DNA of 64,000 bases. It comes from Methanosalsum zhilinae DSM 4017. GTDB taxonomy: Archaea; Halobacteriota; Methanosarcinia; Methanosarcinales; Methanosarcinaceae. The first letter of the stretch is position 1. The number at the start of each line of letters is the position of its first letter. Positions 20,299-30,518 of this stretch are shown here, in pieces. The translations under genes and the position numbers were made by a program. The stretch lies in the NCBI RefSeq assembly GCF_000217995.1, contig NC_015676.1, positions 1,345,708 to 1,409,707 on the forward strand, read 5' to 3'. Below the pieces are notes generated by a model. That model had not been told where the DNA came from. It made no database searches and saw nothing but the letters and a program-made list of their open reading frames with translations.

Positions 20299-21429
20299 AT
20301 GGGCATAAAAAATCTTGAAGAATTTGCCAGGAAATATGGTCAGGACTATGAACTATTTTACGACTATTTAATTATGAATGGTTTGAGTCGTAACTCAATA
20401 CAATCAAAAATGTTAGCTTTTAAAATATTAAAATCAATTACAGCAGGAATTGATCTTTCAAATCTTACTGAAAAAGATATTTTAAAAATCAGAACAAATA
20501 TAGTTAAAAGATATCCTCAAGAACAAACACAGGCAATGCTTCAGATTGTACTCAGGCAGTGGTTGGACTGTTCAGAACAGAAAGACCTGATTGAACTTGT
20601 TAAAATTTCCAGGATAAAAAGTAATAAAAAGCTTCCCGAGGAAGTATTGACTCGGGATGAAGTTCAAGCTCTTCTAGATAACTGCAATCATCCAAGAAAC
20701 TCAGCTTTAATTGCATTGATGTATGATTCGGGTTGCAGGGTTGGCGAATTACATGATATGAGAATAAAAGACGTAATCTTTGATGATAATGGTGCAGTTG
20801 TTACTTTTCCAACCGGTAAAACAGGCTGGCGTAAAAATAGAGTGGTTTTTGCTGCTTCTTATCTAAGGGTATGGTTAGATCATCATGAACACAAAGCCAA
20901 TCCGGAAAATCCACTATGGTATACATTCAAACGAGACTATAAAGGGAAAAAGGAAATACAGCCTCTGAAAGCAAGTGCTGTTAGAAAAATGATCAAAGAA
21001 ACTGCTGAAAGAGCAGGCATTCAAAAGAGAGTACATCCTCACCTATTCAGACATACCAGAGCAACCGAACTTGCAAATCATTTAACTGAACAGCAACTGA
21101 AAAAACAGTTTGGGTGGACACAGGCTTCCAACATGGCTGCCCAGTATGTTCACCTAACAGACAAAGATGTGGATAATGCAATATTGAAAGCATCCGGGGT
21201 TGAAGTTATTGAAAAAGAAAATGAAAGAGAACTTAAGCCAGTAAGATGTGAGAGATGTAAAGATCTAAATCCTCCCGGCACCAGTTTTTGTAATAAATGT
21301 GGATACCCAATGGCTGAAGAAGCATCCATAGAACCAACTACAGTACTTGCAGAAGCCATGGAAAATCCTGAGTTTAGAAATGAAGTTACTAAAATGCTGG
21401 CTGATATGTTTGAAAAGAGTAAAAAATAG
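20299..21429 (+). CDS. Tyrosine recombinase / phage-type integrase with C-terminal zinc ribbon
   Basis: The catalytic region is HPHLFRHTRATELANH...QYVHLTD (R-H-R-Y). A C-terminal CERCKDL...CNKCGYP C4 ribbon follows. The gene marks the transition from the core region to the AT-rich accessory DNA. Confidence 0.8.
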   Translation: MGIKNLEEFARKYGQDYELFYDYLIMNGLSRNSIQSKMLAFKILKSITAGIDLSNLTEKDILKIRTNIVKRYPQEQTQAMLQIVLRQWLDCSEQKDLIELVKISRIKSNKKLPEEVLTRDEVQALLDNCNHPRNSALIALMYDSGCRVGELHDMRIKDVIFDDNGAVVTFPTGKTGWRKNRVVFAASYLRVWLDHHEHKANPENPLWYTFKRDYKGKKEIQPLKASAVRKMIKETAERAGIQKRVHPHLFRHTRATELANHLTEQQLKKQFGWTQASNMAAQYVHLTDKDVDNAILKASGVEVIEKENERELKPVRCERCKDLNPPGTSFCNKCGYPMAEEASIEPTTVLAEAMENPEFRNEVTKMLADMFEKSKK

Positions 21430-21730
21430 TTAAAAAAATATCCCAAAACTATTCATGGACTCAGAGTAAGTTCAGGGATATTTTTCACATCTGTAAGTTA
21501 CAATGGCTGTGTTAGTCATCTCCATATAACTTGAGAAAAGCCTGAGCCATTGCTCTTTCAATGGGTACACCCGTTTCTGCCAGAATTTCAATAGTTTCTC
21601 TATTTTTGTTACAATATTCAGAAAATTTTGCTTTGTCAGTAGGCTGATTAGATTCCATATTTTCCTCACAGAATTCTATTTTCAGAAACTATTCACAACA
21701 GTTCTTTATATCATAACAAAAATTCATCCA

Positions 21731-21800
21731 GTCTTTCAATCACTCAAGTCTTTCAATCATTCAGCCATTCAACAATTCAAATCTTCAAGTTATTCAAAAG
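21731..21800. repeat. Degenerate tandem repeats (TCTTTCAATCAYTCAAG-like units) about 300 bp downstream of the integrase
   Basis: Three to five imperfect ~11-17-nt direct repeats read tctttcaatcactcaag / tctttcaatcattcagcc / attcaacaattcaa / atcttcaagttattcaa. Confidence 0.5.
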
Positions 21801-22702
21801 ACACTGTATATTTAAACTTGAATATCAAATATTTTTACAGACTTATTAAATCACCATACTTAGAAATTATTTAATTTATATTAAAAGTTACGTTCAATAA
21901 AGAATTATAGTTGTTTATTATTAATAATATACAATATTTGATGCTAAAATTGTATTATAGTGTTTAATATTAGTTTATATGTTTTTTGTAACAAATAATT
22001 GGTTTAAAATAAAAATAATATTCTTAAATAGCTTTAAAAATAATATTTATAAATTTAATGGATTCCATTGGAAAATGCATCCTATACAGTCAATAAAAAC
22101 AATTTTCAAAATTTAATTTTGTTTTTTTAGTGAAATATAATATAGTTCAACAAATCTGCTTTTAGATTGAACTTGATATATTTCAACTCTGTATATTCAA
22201 TTTATAATATGGATTTAATACACTTCAAGCATGATATAAGCAATTATTTTGAGAAACTATGTCCGATATAAGAATCCTAAAACACTTCAGTAATCAGTTT
22301 TAACTGAATTTAATATTAAAGTCAATCTTTTAGAAAAAACACTACAACTTTCAAATTAAAATCCAATGTTTCCCCTATTTAAAGCTCATGGTTGGATTTT
22401 TAGACTATAACCCATAGTTAACTATGGAGTTGATAATAAAATTTCAATAGAAGTTATTTTGAAGCTTTTTAAGAGAACTTGTTTCAAAAATATAAATTAT
22501 AACTTCCCTGAATCATAGTTTTGGGATGGATAGTGAATGGAGTTTAGGATCCCTGTGATGTCACCGGAGTGGTCTTTCACATAAGTGAAAGTGGGGTTCA
22601 GAAAACCGCCATGAAAGAATTAATGTAGTCTTTAAAGAACTACTAGACTTTGTATATTTCATTTTATGTTGGAAAAATGTATCAAGGCTTTAAATATGGA
22701 CA

Positions 22703-23041
22703 TCATTGTATTTCACTCATATCCAGCTTTTCAACATATTTATCTATTTCTTTGTTGTCAGCTACGTTGTTTAAGTCTTTCATGATTTTCTCTACATAAT
22801 TTTTTATGTCGTTTCTTTTTTCAATTCTTGCTATTTCAAAGACATTTTCTTCTATTGAGGCTTCAATTGTCACTAGATAGCATGAATAATAAGGCTCATT
22901 GCCTTTCTGAACTTCTAATAGAACATCAGATATGTAATTTCCCCACATCGAATAATGATCAGTTTCTTCCCCACAGGAAAACCAATTGTCCATTTCGCCA
23001 GTTAATCTTACTTTGTCATCATCTTTAATCTTAGATCCCAT
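22703..23041 (-). CDS. Hypothetical protein
   Basis: This 112-aa ORF is isolated within a long AT-rich non-coding stretch. It has no recognisable motif. Confidence 0.3.
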   Translation of the reverse strand: MGSKIKDDDKVRLTGEMDNWFSCGEETDHYSMWGNYISDVLLEVQKGNEPYYSCYLVTIEASIEENVFEIARIEKRNDIKNYVEKIMKDLNNVADNKEIDKYVEKLDMSEIQ

Positions 23042-23535
23042 AATTATCTAAAAATATTATGGATTAACTTTCATAAAAAGTTTCTTAATATAGCTCTGTA
23101 GAATTTCTTATTAAAATTCACTTGAATCAATAGCAACAATGTGTTATCTCAAAGAAAACTGAAAGTCGATCTAATATAGACTCTCTATGTAGTTTATACT
23201 CAGTTTCGTTGAAACTTTGTTTCAACTCAAGTCTTAAAGAAGTATTACGAAGGTGAGCAAACAAATCTGGATCATCATTCATGTTGTGAAATCTAAAATT
23301 ATGATTCTGTGAAATAAATTATCCGAACAATAATTATTAAGGAGTTATATATTTCTGTATTACGCATTAACATCTTGCATTTGACCTCTTTTTACCTGAT
23401 TTCTAAATAAAATATATGAGATTTTACAGCAAGATAGTGACGCTGTCGACTAATATCAACTGAACATTTAAATCCGAGATATAGGTACATTTAAAATATT
23501 ATTAGTTATATAACTAGATTGTTAAATAAATAGCC

Positions 23536-26097
23536 ATGTGGGGAAATAACGTGCTAAATATCAAAAAAGAACTAATTAGTAATATCGAAAAAGAATTGTA
23601 CGTTAAAGTGTTTCTAAATGAAGGAGTCATGGTTGAAGGTTACGTATCAAACTTTGATGATGATATGATCCTATTGAAAAATAAAAATGTTATTTCAGGT
23701 ATATCTCTAAGTTCAATACATTCATGGCAAGTCTATAATGATAAAGAGCAAAAAAATACACCACTTAAAGAAACTATATCTGATGAAGGCCAAAAAGAAA
23801 ACTACAACAAGATAAAGCTACAAGAGCCTTTTATTGATACATATAAAAAGCTATATTTATTCAAAGAATCAAACGATTCTATCCTTTTTAGAATGAATCC
23901 ATATGAGCCTATATCTAAAGTACCAGATTTCTTGAAAAATAATGATGATAGCTGTAGCAGGTCAATTTGGGATAGAGTTCTAGCTAAAATAAACATCCCT
24001 AATGTGCATAAAGATAAGGAAATCGAACAGCTTTCAAATGAATTTGCTACACTTCTAAAAAAATATCCGTCTCAAAGTATACTCGAATATAACCTTGGTT
24101 GCCTTAAACTAAAATCATCTAATTATCCTTCGGCAGCAAATCATTTTGACAATACTCATATTCTAAGTTCTGACAGAAAATCACTTTATAACTCAATTTA
24201 TGCTCATCTTCAAGCAGGTAACAAGGAAATGGTCACACTTAATTTAGCTAAATATCTTTATGCTGAAACTAATCTAATTGACAATAAATTTTGGTTTGAA
24301 TTTAGTTGTTTATGTAAAGAGAGCAAAGAGTACTGGATGTATACCTCAGTTGTTGATAGTATCTTAAATCATATAGAAGATATTGAAAACATTAATTTAA
24401 TATTTGGTTCACTCTTTTTTGTTTATGAGGACGTTTCTATTCTTCAAAATAAATTCCAAGAAAACGGTGAAGAAATAAAAGTGCTTAATAAAGATATGGA
24501 ATCTACAATAGCCGTTATCCAATCTTTTTTAGATGACGTTCAAGCAATGGACATATGGATCAAAAATGATAATTTCAATATTTGGATGATGGGAGAAAGT
24601 ACGGATTTAAGATCAGCAAAAGATACTGATATCACGCAGAATAATGATTCGTCTATTAACTTGGACTATGATTGGGAATATGATGTATTTAGGTTAAAAA
24701 GCCTATTCAATGAGTTTCATTATAATTTTAATCGAGGATCCATATATCGATGTATACCTGTAAGCCCTGATAATAAACTGGGTTATGGTTTTTTACGTGA
24801 TGATAGTACAATGAACGAAGTTCATTTCTTCTACGATAAAGTAATTGGACTTCAATACCTAACTACTACAGTCGAAATCAATGTTCCTGTACTTTATATG
24901 GCGGTACCTACAAATGAAAAAAATACATCTGTTGATTTATCAGCAACTATCATCATTCCAATTGAAACTTTGGATAATATTTGGGAATCAGCTTTTTTGT
25001 TTGCTAAAGAAAAAGATTATGAAAGTGCATTGAATGAACTGAATACCATCCTAAAATATCATCCGGAATATCCAGGAATAAATGATAGAAAGAAAAAATG
25101 GGAAAAGCTATTAGATAAAAATGAATGTCGTTTTAAAAGAAACTTTAATTTAAACTTTAAGCCAAAAAATGAACAAGATTGGACATGTTATATCAATACA
25201 TTATTTGATGAAAAACTTTATTCTGAAGCTATAAGTTATTATGATAAAATTTCAGCAACTCCAGCTAAATCTAGTTACTTATTTAGAATAGGTTTACATC
25301 ATTATCAGAAAAAAGATTTTAATGCAGCAATTAGTTTTTTGACAAAAGCAATTGATAAAAATCATTTTTATTATAATGCATATTTTGCAAGAGGATTAGT
25401 TTATTTTAAAATTGAGAAATACCATGAAGCTTTATCAGATTTTGCAAGAGCATTAGATCTCAGGCCGGATCATAAAGATGTATGGGTTCATTATGCATTA
25501 TCTCAACAACTCGTTGGTAAATATGATCATGCATTAAATAGTTATGAAAAAGCACAAGCAATCGATTCAACTGATTGGAATGTTCGTTCACTTAAAGCAG
25601 GGTTATATATAAAAATGAATAAGATTAGTGAAGCATTGAAAATTATTGATGATATTCTTGAAAATGGTGATCCAGAAAATCCAGAAACTTTGTTCTCTAA
25701 GGGCTATGCACTTCAAAAAATAAAAAAATATGACGAAGCCCTTTTTTACTTTGAAAAAAGTTTAGAGATTAAACCTAGCAACATTAAAGTTATCACAAAA
25801 AAGGCATACACATTAGCACGTCTTAACAGGTTCGATGAAGCTTTGTATGAAATTGACCATGCCATTAATATGAACCATTTTAATTCAAGGTCTTGGTATT
25901 ACAGAGGTGTGATTAATTACTTTGCAGGTAATTTTAAAACTGCTAAAAATGATTTTGAAGAATCACTGAAATTAAAACCAAATGTTTCACGCGTTGAAAG
26001 TTGTCTTGATAAAACCAAGTTGGAATTAAAAAGTATAAATGATGATGAGAATATAAAAGAATTAGTTAAAAATTGTAGTGATAAATGGTCACTTTAA
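23536..26097 (+). CDS. Large TPR-repeat protein
   Basis: The 853-aa product has multiple 34-aa TPR-like units in its C-terminal ~350 aa (repeated A..Y..A patterns, for example YYNAYFARGLVYFKIEKYHEALSDFARALDLRPD). The N-terminal 450 aa are unassigned. Confidence 0.55.
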   Translation: MWGNNVLNIKKELISNIEKELYVKVFLNEGVMVEGYVSNFDDDMILLKNKNVISGISLSSIHSWQVYNDKEQKNTPLKETISDEGQKENYNKIKLQEPFIDTYKKLYLFKESNDSILFRMNPYEPISKVPDFLKNNDDSCSRSIWDRVLAKINIPNVHKDKEIEQLSNEFATLLKKYPSQSILEYNLGCLKLKSSNYPSAANHFDNTHILSSDRKSLYNSIYAHLQAGNKEMVTLNLAKYLYAETNLIDNKFWFEFSCLCKESKEYWMYTSVVDSILNHIEDIENINLIFGSLFFVYEDVSILQNKFQENGEEIKVLNKDMESTIAVIQSFLDDVQAMDIWIKNDNFNIWMMGESTDLRSAKDTDITQNNDSSINLDYDWEYDVFRLKSLFNEFHYNFNRGSIYRCIPVSPDNKLGYGFLRDDSTMNEVHFFYDKVIGLQYLTTTVEINVPVLYMAVPTNEKNTSVDLSATIIIPIETLDNIWESAFLFAKEKDYESALNELNTILKYHPEYPGINDRKKKWEKLLDKNECRFKRNFNLNFKPKNEQDWTCYINTLFDEKLYSEAISYYDKISATPAKSSYLFRIGLHHYQKKDFNAAISFLTKAIDKNHFYYNAYFARGLVYFKIEKYHEALSDFARALDLRPDHKDVWVHYALSQQLVGKYDHALNSYEKAQAIDSTDWNVRSLKAGLYIKMNKISEALKIIDDILENGDPENPETLFSKGYALQKIKKYDEALFYFEKSLEIKPSNIKVITKKAYTLARLNRFDEALYEIDHAINMNHFNSRSWYYRGVINYFAGNFKTAKNDFEESLKLKPNVSRVESCLDKTKLELKSINDDENIKELVKNCSDKWSL

Positions 26098-26193
26098 GAG
26101 TTGTATTATTGAAAAATGAATGGAGAGTACCACAATAATTAATATACCCTCTAATTTAACCTATTTTTCAACATATTATTTACGAGGTTCAAC

Positions 26194-26526
26194 ATGAATA
26201 AGTTTCTATTCGTATGTACTGGAAACCTGCAAAGATCACCAACTTTTGAGATATGGTTCAAAAAAAACCGTCCAGAGTATGAAGCAAAGTCTGCAGGAAC
26301 AAGAACATTGCATTTTGATCCTGATACTAACCAGGTCAATGATGAACTCTTAGATTGGGCAGATATAATTTTTTGTATGGACTTGGAACAGCATTTATAC
26401 ATATATATAAATCATCCAACATATCGTGATAAATTAGAAGTTATAGGGGTTTCTGATCAGTACGATAGATTTTCTTTAAGACTTATAGATATCATAGAGC
26501 ATTGGGTTCAGCTAAAGAGGCTTTGA
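26194..26526 (+). CDS. Low-molecular-weight protein-tyrosine-phosphatase-like protein (short)
   Basis: The N-terminal P-loop CTGNLQRSPTFE matches the LMW-PTP / ArsC CxGNxxRS signature. At 110 aa it is shorter than canonical enzymes. Confidence 0.5.
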   Translation: MNKFLFVCTGNLQRSPTFEIWFKKNRPEYEAKSAGTRTLHFDPDTNQVNDELLDWADIIFCMDLEQHLYIYINHPTYRDKLEVIGVSDQYDRFSLRLIDIIEHWVQLKRL

Positions 26527-26605
26527 TAACTAAAATAATCTGCCAAAGCCCTTAAAAAATATATTCTTGTGCCTTAAAGATTAATGACTTTTTTGTTGTA
26601 ACTTT

Positions 26606-28024
26606 TTATCGACTTTTATGGTCTGTGCATATTTGGCTCCACCAAACATGATAAGGAACTCCAGTATCTTTTTCATGTTTTGCTTTATAGTGTGCATCTA
26701 TTCCATCCCAACCATTCCCTTTAAATATATGATTACAAATTGGACACCTTCTTGGATGTGTGATGTTTTTACCCCAACATGGACAATTTGGATTGCAATT
26801 TTCATTCACTTCTTCTTTATAATTACTATTGTTAGCTGATACTAAATTACTTCTTTGAACTATGCTATCTTCAATGACTACATTCACATCACAATTACCA
26901 TTAACATCGCACATATCTAACAAATTAGTATGTTGTACAACAGAATCTTTGACATATACATTAACAATCTTATTTTTTGAGATTGATTCCAAAGTTTGCT
27001 TTAACTCTCTTCCAATTTCAGCAAGTAGACCAGTTAAAGAGTCAGCATTATTAGTCGCTGCAAATAATTCAATTCTATTATTTCCAGAGAAAATAGAAAT
27101 TTTGATAATAATATCGTTGTTGTTTACCTTAGTCTTACCGTAATACCATATCTCAGATCTTCTTTTATCTCTTGAACTTAATGTGCTCACATGCTTAATA
27201 TCATGTTTTTGGAGAACTTTATGACTCAGATGAGTAATATTGTTGATATCAAACCCATCACTTATCTCATAAATACGGTTATCTCTACTTGGAAGCTTTT
27301 CAATAAATTCTTTAAGTCTCCCAATATTGATGTCCTGATCAGTCTTCATGATAGGACAAATAACTCTTATCTCTTTTGGCTCCATCCATGTGGACTGCAT
27401 GTTCCCCATATAATTTTGATATAGAACAATGCATTTAATATCAGTAGCTTTAGAGCAAGTGAGAGGTTCAAATAGAATCGTTAATGTCTTCGATTTACCA
27501 CCAGGAATAGTATCCAAGATAAATTTACCATTTTTTTTAGAAATTTTTTCATTTTCAACTATATGCAATAAAGCTTCATCATAAATGAAGTCTAGAGAAA
27601 CGTCACTAATTACATATTGGCTTTCATTACTGACCGAAATCTTGAACCTAATGTAACCTTGATAGAATTCTGTTTCTCTTTTGATATTAATGGGAAAATT
27701 TGTATAAGTTTCTGTTTTATGAGTATTAATATTGAGGTTGTTTTTAAAGCTTTTATCTAAATTATTAAATTTAGATGATTTGGAACCTGTAGGAGACTCA
27801 AATGCAACCCATCCATCTCCAAGTGAAACTTTATGTTTCTCAGCACTATTCATGTTACCAAACCTGGTTGCTTTCTTTCCACCTATACTGGCAGCAGGTT
27901 TTTTATTTCCATATTCCCCATCCTTATAAACATATTTCACTCCTTGATGGCAACCCCGCTCTTTAGCTTCTTCCACGACACTTTTGGGTACCGTTTTCCC
28001 TAACTCATTCTTCATCAAATACAC
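26606..28024 (-). CDS. Paralogue 1 of an uncharacterised domain family with a C-terminal Cys/His-rich zinc-binding tail
   Basis: The central ~250 aa align with the N-terminal domains of the 33057 and 35044 proteins (TLTILFEPLTCSK...EPKEIRVICPIM, then VKDSVVQHTNL / IEDSIVQRSNL). The tail is CNPNCPCWGKN...CPICNH...H...H. Confidence 0.5.
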   Translation of the reverse strand: MYLMKNELGKTVPKSVVEEAKERGCHQGVKYVYKDGEYGNKKPAASIGGKKATRFGNMNSAEKHKVSLGDGWVAFESPTGSKSSKFNNLDKSFKNNLNINTHKTETYTNFPINIKRETEFYQGYIRFKISVSNESQYVISDVSLDFIYDEALLHIVENEKISKKNGKFILDTIPGGKSKTLTILFEPLTCSKATDIKCIVLYQNYMGNMQSTWMEPKEIRVICPIMKTDQDINIGRLKEFIEKLPSRDNRIYEISDGFDINNITHLSHKVLQKHDIKHVSTLSSRDKRRSEIWYYGKTKVNNNDIIIKISIFSGNNRIELFAATNNADSLTGLLAEIGRELKQTLESISKNKIVNVYVKDSVVQHTNLLDMCDVNGNCDVNVVIEDSIVQRSNLVSANNSNYKEEVNENCNPNCPCWGKNITHPRRCPICNHIFKGNGWDGIDAHYKAKHEKDTGVPYHVWWSQICTDHKSR

Positions 28025-28054
28025 CTTTTTTTGTCGTTGAACTCATGTTTACTT

Positions 28055-29254
28055 CTAAATTTTAAATTTGTTAGTAATATACATAGAACTTCCAAAACCA
28101 AGTTCAATTATCCTATTTTCATTTAGTAGTCTATCAATCAGGTCTTTTGAAGATTTTAAATTCAGTCCAGTTTCCTTGGAAAGGTCATTCACAGTAAACT
28201 TTTCATTTTGGCCTAAAAATGTATTGATAATTTCATCTAAAGAATATATATTATCAATCTTGTTATGCCAGAAAGAAAAATAAGTACTGCAGTTCACATT
28301 TTGATTGAATACAATAACATCGTGGTCAAGTTCATATAACAATAGAATTAAGCGAGGATGCATATATTCTCTAGCCCAAATCGTAATATCTTTATTCCAG
28401 CTAGAATTGATAAGACATAATGTTAAATATTGATTCTTGGGAACCGAACTAGAAATTGATTGTACGTATTTAATTATTTGAGTTAGATCATTTATAGGGT
28501 ACCATACAGTATTCAACTTAAGTTTTATATTCAAAATCCCATCTTTTATCTTTCCAGTAATACTTTCTGAGGATACGTCAACTATCCATTTGTTTGAACC
28601 AACATAATCACCATTGGGTGTCATCTCTGGCTGATGATCTGAGTATTTACATTCAAGGCAATTAATATAAGTATTTAATTTAGATAACGTTTGAGGGGTA
28701 AATTTTTCTTCAATATTTTTGTGGTCCATATTTGTGTCAGTAGTAGTAGTAGTAGAGAAATTATTAGTAAAAGTACTATTGTCAATCACAGAACAATTAA
28801 TATTATGATCTTCATTACTAAGGTTTAAATTGGCTTTGCAATTAAAATTATCAACAACTATCTGCTCAATCTTAATTCGATTTTTTATAGTTTTTTCAAA
28901 ATCAAATAGGTCCTGCTCTATTGAAAATGCATCAATATCCCTGGTAAGCATCTCCATAGTTTTAGCAAGTCTTGACGAAACATCTACAAGTTCGTGTTCT
29001 CTCTCATAAAACTGGTCAAGATCACCATCATCTGATCCAAATTTGTATGTATTAGCAGAATCCATATCTAATATTAGCTGAGAGATAAGAGCCCTGATAT
29101 CCCTTAGTTTGCAGCTGGTTTCTATATCCTTATTATGATACGTTCTCTGGATCAGCCGTTCTACAGTTTTATGTGCTCCTTTTAGTGAATTAAACGCAAT
29201 CTGAGTATTATTTTTTTGAATTTGTAGAAGCTCGCTAGGAACATTTTTTTTCAT
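28055..29254 (-). CDS. Hypothetical protein with a probable C-terminal winged-helix
   Basis: This 399-aa ORF lies in the same operon as the AAA ATPase. It contains a Thr run encoded by (AGT)n and a C-terminal segment LSKETGLNLKSSKDLIDRLLNENRIIELG. Confidence 0.4.
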   Translation of the reverse strand: MKKNVPSELLQIQKNNTQIAFNSLKGAHKTVERLIQRTYHNKDIETSCKLRDIRALISQLILDMDSANTYKFGSDDGDLDQFYEREHELVDVSSRLAKTMEMLTRDIDAFSIEQDLFDFEKTIKNRIKIEQIVVDNFNCKANLNLSNEDHNINCSVIDNSTFTNNFSTTTTTDTNMDHKNIEEKFTPQTLSKLNTYINCLECKYSDHQPEMTPNGDYVGSNKWIVDVSSESITGKIKDGILNIKLKLNTVWYPINDLTQIIKYVQSISSSVPKNQYLTLCLINSSWNKDITIWAREYMHPRLILLLYELDHDVIVFNQNVNCSTYFSFWHNKIDNIYSLDEIINTFLGQNEKFTVNDLSKETGLNLKSSKDLIDRLLNENRIIELGFGSSMYITNKFKI

Positions 29255-29294
29255 AGGCCAGACCTACCCTATCTTATTTTTATTATGTTTGATA

Positions 29295-30476
29295 TTAAGC
29301 TACACGTTCAAGTATGTCTTTAAAAATGCTTTCTTCGCCGCTATTTTTTATTGACCTTTGAGCTCCAATATACCAACTTTTTATTGAGGGACTTCTACGC
29401 AGAATGACTGTAGTAAAATCTCTGAGCTCAATATTGCGTATAAGTCCACCTTTTAATGCTTCATTTAGTGGTATATCCGCTGCTTCCTTACAAATTGATG
29501 AAATATCAGCACCAGAATATCCCTCAGTGTTTGCTGCTAGCTCATCCAGGCATAAATGTGGGTCGATCGGTCTTGACTCAAGATATATATTAAAAATAGC
29601 TAATCTTGCATCATGGTCGGGTTCAGGTATGAAAAGAAGTTTACTAAACCTACCAGGTCTTCTTAGCGCGGGATCAATATTCCACGGTTCATTTGTAGCT
29701 GCAAGGACAAGAATATCACTGTCAATTTGCTCGACACCGTCCATTTGTGCTAGCAACTCGTTGACCATTCTTTTAGAATAGTCTTTACTATCACTTCTTT
29801 TCCCAGCAATAGAATCAATCTCGTCAAAGAAAATTATAGCCTTTTTCGATTTCCTGGCAGTCTCAAATATCTGTTTAATATTTTTTTCAGATGATCCTAC
29901 CCATTTACTAACTATATTGCTGGTCTTTACATTAATGAACTCAGCATCACATTCTTTAGCAGCTGCTTTTGCCATAAGGGTCTTGCCACAACCAGGGGGT
30001 CCATATAGAAGTATACCTTCTCCTGCTTTTTGGCCATAGTGCTGGTATAGTTCTTTATGTGTAAATGGATATATCATAGCTTTACGAATATCTTCTTTTA
30101 CATCATTTAATCCACCAATGTCATCAAAACCTATTTTTGGTATTTCTTTTAAAACAAAATCGCTTTTTGATATAGACTCTTCATCTTGTTGATCGTTGAA
30201 ATTATGATTTTCAGTCTCAACCTTAGTTGAATTGGGTGAATTGCTCTTAAGTGACTGTGCTTTTGAAAATAGGTGTTGTGCAATGTCACGCTGAGTGTTA
30301 CGTTCGGTTCTATCAGTATTTATGCTGGATGCTTCATTGTACAGTTTAGAAGACTTAAGGTACAGTTCTCTAGCTTTTACAAACTGTCCCTTATCTTCAA
30401 AATCTTTTGCAGCTTTTGAATAGCCCCGCGCTTGAGCAGCTAATTTTATAGCAGATGTCAATTGAGTACCCCACAT
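29295..30476 (-). CDS. MIT-domain AAA+ ATPase (Vps4/CdvC-like, meiotic-clade AAA)
   Basis: The N-terminal ~75 aa form a three-helix MIT-like module (AIKLAAQARGYSKAAKDFEDKGQFVKARELYLKSSKLY...). The AAA core carries Walker A GPPGCGKT, Walker B IIFFDEID, sensor ATNEPWNIDPALRRPGRF and a C-terminal helix. Confidence 0.75.
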   Translation of the reverse strand: MWGTQLTSAIKLAAQARGYSKAAKDFEDKGQFVKARELYLKSSKLYNEASSINTDRTERNTQRDIAQHLFSKAQSLKSNSPNSTKVETENHNFNDQQDEESISKSDFVLKEIPKIGFDDIGGLNDVKEDIRKAMIYPFTHKELYQHYGQKAGEGILLYGPPGCGKTLMAKAAAKECDAEFINVKTSNIVSKWVGSSEKNIKQIFETARKSKKAIIFFDEIDSIAGKRSDSKDYSKRMVNELLAQMDGVEQIDSDILVLAATNEPWNIDPALRRPGRFSKLLFIPEPDHDARLAIFNIYLESRPIDPHLCLDELAANTEGYSGADISSICKEAADIPLNEALKGGLIRNIELRDFTTVILRRSPSIKSWYIGAQRSIKNSGEESIFKDILERVA

Positions 30477-30518
30477 ACGGTTCCTTACTTATACTCATTA
30501 ATTTACATTAAATCAGGA

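Noticed and set aside
21472-21669. 65-aa ORF just downstream of the integrase on the opposite strand.
   Set aside because: It has no motif and lies in a region expected to hold att/arm sites. It is too weak to call as a gene, although an excisionase-like small protein cannot be excluded.
21670-23535. Possible replication origin or CRISPR array in the long AT-rich non-coding stretch.
   Set aside because: There are no regularly spaced identical direct repeats with unique spacers, so it is not CRISPR. There are no ORB-like repeat clusters and no adjacent cdc6/orc1 gene. The repeats present are short and degenerate.
28739-28757. (AGT)6 trinucleotide microsatellite.
   Set aside because: It sits inside the 399-aa CDS and simply encodes a Thr5-6 run. 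There is no evidence that it is a phase-variation tract or a regulatory repeat.
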